Source: Atribacterota bacterium
Lineage (GTDB): Bacteria; Atribacterota; Phoenicimicrobiia; Phoenicimicrobiales; Stramentimicrobiaceae
Direction of reading: 5' to 3'
DNA length: 64,000 nt
Assembly: GCA_040767965.1 (NCBI GenBank)
Contig: JAXGNR010000008.1
Coordinates: forward strand, 1 to 64,000
This document shows, in pieces, positions 61,082 to 64,000 of the stretch. The translations under genes and the position numbers were made by a program. Every line of letters begins with the position of its first letter. Position 1 is the first letter of the stretch. The notes beneath the pieces were generated by a model. The model saw only the letters and a program-made list of their open reading frames with translations. It made no database searches and was not told where the DNA came from.

Positions 61082-61285
61082 ATATGATGAAAATTTTCTA
61101 CGAAAGGGGTGAGGATATCTTTCGTTTGATAAAAATTTATTTTAGATAAAAAGAAGTAATCGAATATGAAAGGAATATTGCTATTACATAAAAAGCTTGT
61201 AATCTTCTCTTGTTTTATTTTATGGTATTCCTCCGATAACCCAGACACCAAATTAAGATACTTTTTCCTATCTTAACATTTTATA

Positions 61286-61455
61286 TTAATCCAGATTATA
61301 GTATCTTATTGAGGAATACAATCTTTCTATATTGTAATAGATTTTAATGTATTCAGGAATATCCCTTTGCTCATCTCTTCTGGTCTGGTATTTATTCTGA
61401 TAAATTAATTCTATTTTTAATGTGTGGTAGAAACTTTCCATCACTAGATTATGCT
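61286..61455 (-). pseudogene. IS3-family transposase C-terminal remnant
   Basis: NLVMESFYHTLKIELIY...YIKIYYNIERLYSSIRY matches the IS3 integrase-core tail (NA.MESF..TLK.E / YN..R.HS.L.Y). Confidence 0.75.
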
Positions 61456-61475
61456 CTGCTGGGAATAAAAGTCTA

Positions 61476-63002
61476 TTACAGATAATCTTTGTATGGTTCA
61501 AGTTTCTGGATTTTTGCCTGAAGAATTTTATTTGCCTTCATTCGTGATATATTAAAAGACTGCCATTTTGAAAAATAGAGAGAATCATTTTCTTGAGCAT
61601 GCCAGTACAATTCATGAGCCACACTTTTTCTTATTTCTTCATTTGAAAAATTTAATAACTCAATAATAACAGGTATCGCGTCATCTGACAGCTTACATAA
61701 ATAAGAAAGATCGAGCTTTCCGGTAATTTCAAATCTCTCAATATTTTGCCGGGCAATAAAGGCATCTGGATTGAGGAAATTCATAACAACAACAAATAAG
61801 ATAATTGCGGAAAAAACACCTAAAGCAAAAGTATTCTCCTGTCTGTCTTTGTGAATTTTAAAGAGTAATATACCATAAATTACTGCCAGCAAAATAATAA
61901 ATGCGTGACTAAATAATCTCAAAACAGTAAATCCATAAGCTTGTTCATAAAGAAATAAGCGGATAAAAGCAGACGCCATGACCAGCAAAACCTGAATAAT
62001 CAGAGCAGTACTTAATATTTTAAATCCCAACATATGGTCTGTTTTTTCTACAGCAATGTATTTTTCTATAACTAAAAGTAAAAGCAAAGAGATGATTGCA
62101 ACTGCTATCAGTTCAAAAAATCCCCGACGTGCATATTCGGCATAGGTAAAACCCTGAGTGGTTATATTACTTTTACCTCCAAAAAGGTAAGCAAATTGAA
62201 CAAGTATAAAGATAAAAAACAAAAGATTCACAGAACTGAGCAGAATAAAGCTTTCAATGTTCCCAATAATGTAATTTTTACTATTCTGCTGTTTGCTGTT
62301 TTGCTTTGCTTTGTCCCGGAATGAGTGAGCATATGCGCCAACAAAAATAAATGCCACAATTAAAATCAGAATAAGCCTTAAAAATGCTTCCAGTGTATTA
62401 TCAATATTTAAAAAATTCGAAACAATTTTTTGAAAAATTAAATCTGCCGATGAAAAAAGAAGGAAGAAAACAAATAAAATCGGGATTGTTATCAAAATTC
62501 CATTCACAATCTGTGAAAAAACTTTTCGATCTTCTTTTATTTCTTGTTGTGAAAAAAGATGTGATAAGATTTGAAATGATGAAGTGATAAAATTAAAGGG
62601 CAAGAAAAATATATTAACATAATCTTTAAATACAAAATTTTTAATTCTATCACCAAAAGATATCTGGTTTACTATCAATAGCAATATTAACGTAGTAATA
62701 ATATTAAGAAATGTCAGTAAACCGCTGGAGCGGAAAAAAACCATCACGCTAAAAAAAACAAGCAATACCAAGAGAAAAAAGACTTCTTTGTTTATTTTTT
62801 TCTTAAATAATTTTGCAATAATATAAAGGCCTGCAATAACTAAAATATTATATAAAGGAAAAGAAATTCCTGGAATTTTATCATAAAAAAAGTAATCAAA
62901 AAATAAACCCAGAGACAGAGATATTATCGTTATAAGATAAATCTTGTTTATATCAATAGATTGATTTTTATACATATTTTTCTCTTCTTTCCTCATACTC
63001 AT
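61476..63002 (-). CDS. DUF4173/DUF4153-family membrane protein
   Basis: LFSSADLIF, QFAYLFGG, YAEYARRGFFEL, RLFLYEQAYGFTVLR, NPDAFIARQN, LSDDAIP. Confidence 0.85.
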   Translation of the reverse strand: MSMRKEEKNMYKNQSIDINKIYLITIISLSLGLFFDYFFYDKIPGISFPLYNILVIAGLYIIAKLFKKKINKEVFFLLVLLVFFSVMVFFRSSGLLTFLNIITTLILLLIVNQISFGDRIKNFVFKDYVNIFFLPFNFITSSFQILSHLFSQQEIKEDRKVFSQIVNGILITIPILFVFFLLFSSADLIFQKIVSNFLNIDNTLEAFLRLILILIVAFIFVGAYAHSFRDKAKQNSKQQNSKNYIIGNIESFILLSSVNLLFFIFILVQFAYLFGGKSNITTQGFTYAEYARRGFFELIAVAIISLLLLLVIEKYIAVEKTDHMLGFKILSTALIIQVLLVMASAFIRLFLYEQAYGFTVLRLFSHAFIILLAVIYGILLFKIHKDRQENTFALGVFSAIILFVVVMNFLNPDAFIARQNIERFEITGKLDLSYLCKLSDDAIPVIIELLNFSNEEIRKSVAHELYWHAQENDSLYFSKWQSFNISRMKANKILQAKIQKLEPYKDYL

Positions 63003-63225
63003 ATTTTTACAATTTAAATAGATATTTTATTTTATCAATAAGATTATATACCACATTTATAACTTTAAAAAATAAATTCAAAATAGCCATCTATAATTAT
63101 GTTTTTATACATTTCAGATAAGGAAGAAAAATAAATAGATGTAAAATAAAGTACATTTTTTACTTTGTTTAAATTTGTCAATTATGCTATAATTAGTTTA
63201 TAATATAAAACGAAAAGTTTAAATA

Positions 63226-64000
63226 ATGAAACTTTTAAAAAATGATAATTCCTTTAAATATACAATCCGTTCAGTGGAGTTAGCCTTTAATCTGATAGAG
63301 ATACTGGCAAAAGGTAAGATGGAATATACTATATCAGAATTAATGGCAAAAACCCAATTACCAAAAGGAACTGTCTATAGATTATTAGGCACTTTAAATT
63401 CCCTAGGCTATATCACCCACAGCAAAAAGAAGCACACCTATTATTTAACATTTAAATTTTCCAGAATTGGTATAGCGATGAATGAACGAATTCATATTTT
63501 AGAAATTATTCCTCATATGAAAAAACTAGCTAAAGAGTTCAGGGAAATGGTTAATTTGGCTATACTGGATCAAGGTCAGGTAGTCTATCTGTATAGTATT
63601 GAATCTCCTCATACCTTAAAGCTTGACTTTAAAGTTGGCACTTATCAGCCTGCCTATTGCACAGCTTTGGGCAGAGTGCTATTAGCATATCAGGATGAAA
63701 ATATCTTGAAACTTGCTATTGGCGAAAAAAGGCTAACAGCTTATACTTCCAAAACAATAACAGATCCCTATTCTTTAAAAGAAATTTTCCAGAAAACGCG
63801 CGAACAGGGTTACAGTTTTGTTAGCGAAGAATATCGCACTGGAATTTGCTGTCTGGCTGGTCCAATTTTTGATGAAAAAGGGGATATTGCTGCAGCGATA
63901 AGTTTTAGTCTTCCTACAGTCCGTTTGGAAAAGGATATTTTGCAGGATATGATTCAAGCAATTAAAGCTACTACCAGTAAAGTTAAATTACCAAAATTGT
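63226..64000 (+). CDS. IclR-family transcriptional regulator (runs off window)
   Basis: Manual translation MKLLKNDNSFKYTIRSVELAFNLIEIL...LPKGTVYRLLGTL, EMVNLAIL, PAYCTALGRVLLA, EEYRTGICCLAGPIF. Confidence 0.88.
   Translation, partial: MKLLKNDNSFKYTIRSVELAFNLIEILAKGKMEYTISELMAKTQLPKGTVYRLLGTLNSLGYITHSKKKHTYYLTFKFSRIGIAMNERIHILEIIPHMKKLAKEFREMVNLAILDQGQVVYLYSIESPHTLKLDFKVGTYQPAYCTALGRVLLAYQDENILKLAIGEKRLTAYTSKTITDPYSLKEIFQKTREQGYSFVSEEYRTGICCLAGPIFDEKGDIAAAISFSLPTVRLEKDILQDMIQAIKATTSKVKLPKL

Overview
Low-GC bacterial chromosomal window spanning the replication origin. The origin block is parB-parA-rsmG-mnmE-jag-yidC-yidD-rnpA-rpmH <- oriC -> dnaA-dnaN-recF-dciA(DUF721)-gyrB-gyrA, with two parS sites. 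One parS is the core of a perfect 60-bp palindrome. Left of the origin: a trkH fragment, kdpE/kdpD-like genes, an IS1595 element, a decayed arsR-thioredoxin-CMD operon, a Na/Pi transporter, a catalytically degenerate BshB/PIG-L protein, a CoA transferase, a tRNA nucleotidyltransferase, marR-trxA, a beta-CASP nuclease, DUF401 and asp23-amaP. Right of the origin: an M20 peptidase and threonine aldolase; a Ser(UCC) T-box leader upstream of archease-rtcB-serS and tRNA-Ser(TGA); amt-glnK; gltB under a ykkC-type (probably ppGpp) riboswitch; murI; a PyrR-attenuated uracil permease; a TTT/MFS/Ldh_2/ThDP-enzyme/AOR/MoaD catabolic cluster; an ISLre2 element; a c-di-GMP-I riboswitch; a discoidin-domain exported protein; DUF4173; and a partial IclR regulator. 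Most notable: (1) an RtcB-archease RNA-repair module apparently placed under an uncharged-tRNA-Ser-sensing T-box; (2) a putative 2-hydroxyacid (possibly sulfolactate) -> oxoacid -> aldehyde -> acid pathway ending in AOR; (3) a premature stop near the end of dnaA. The organism looks like an anaerobe with Firmicutes-like RNA regulation; I cannot assign the taxon firmly. All calls come from reading motifs by eye; no database searches were run.
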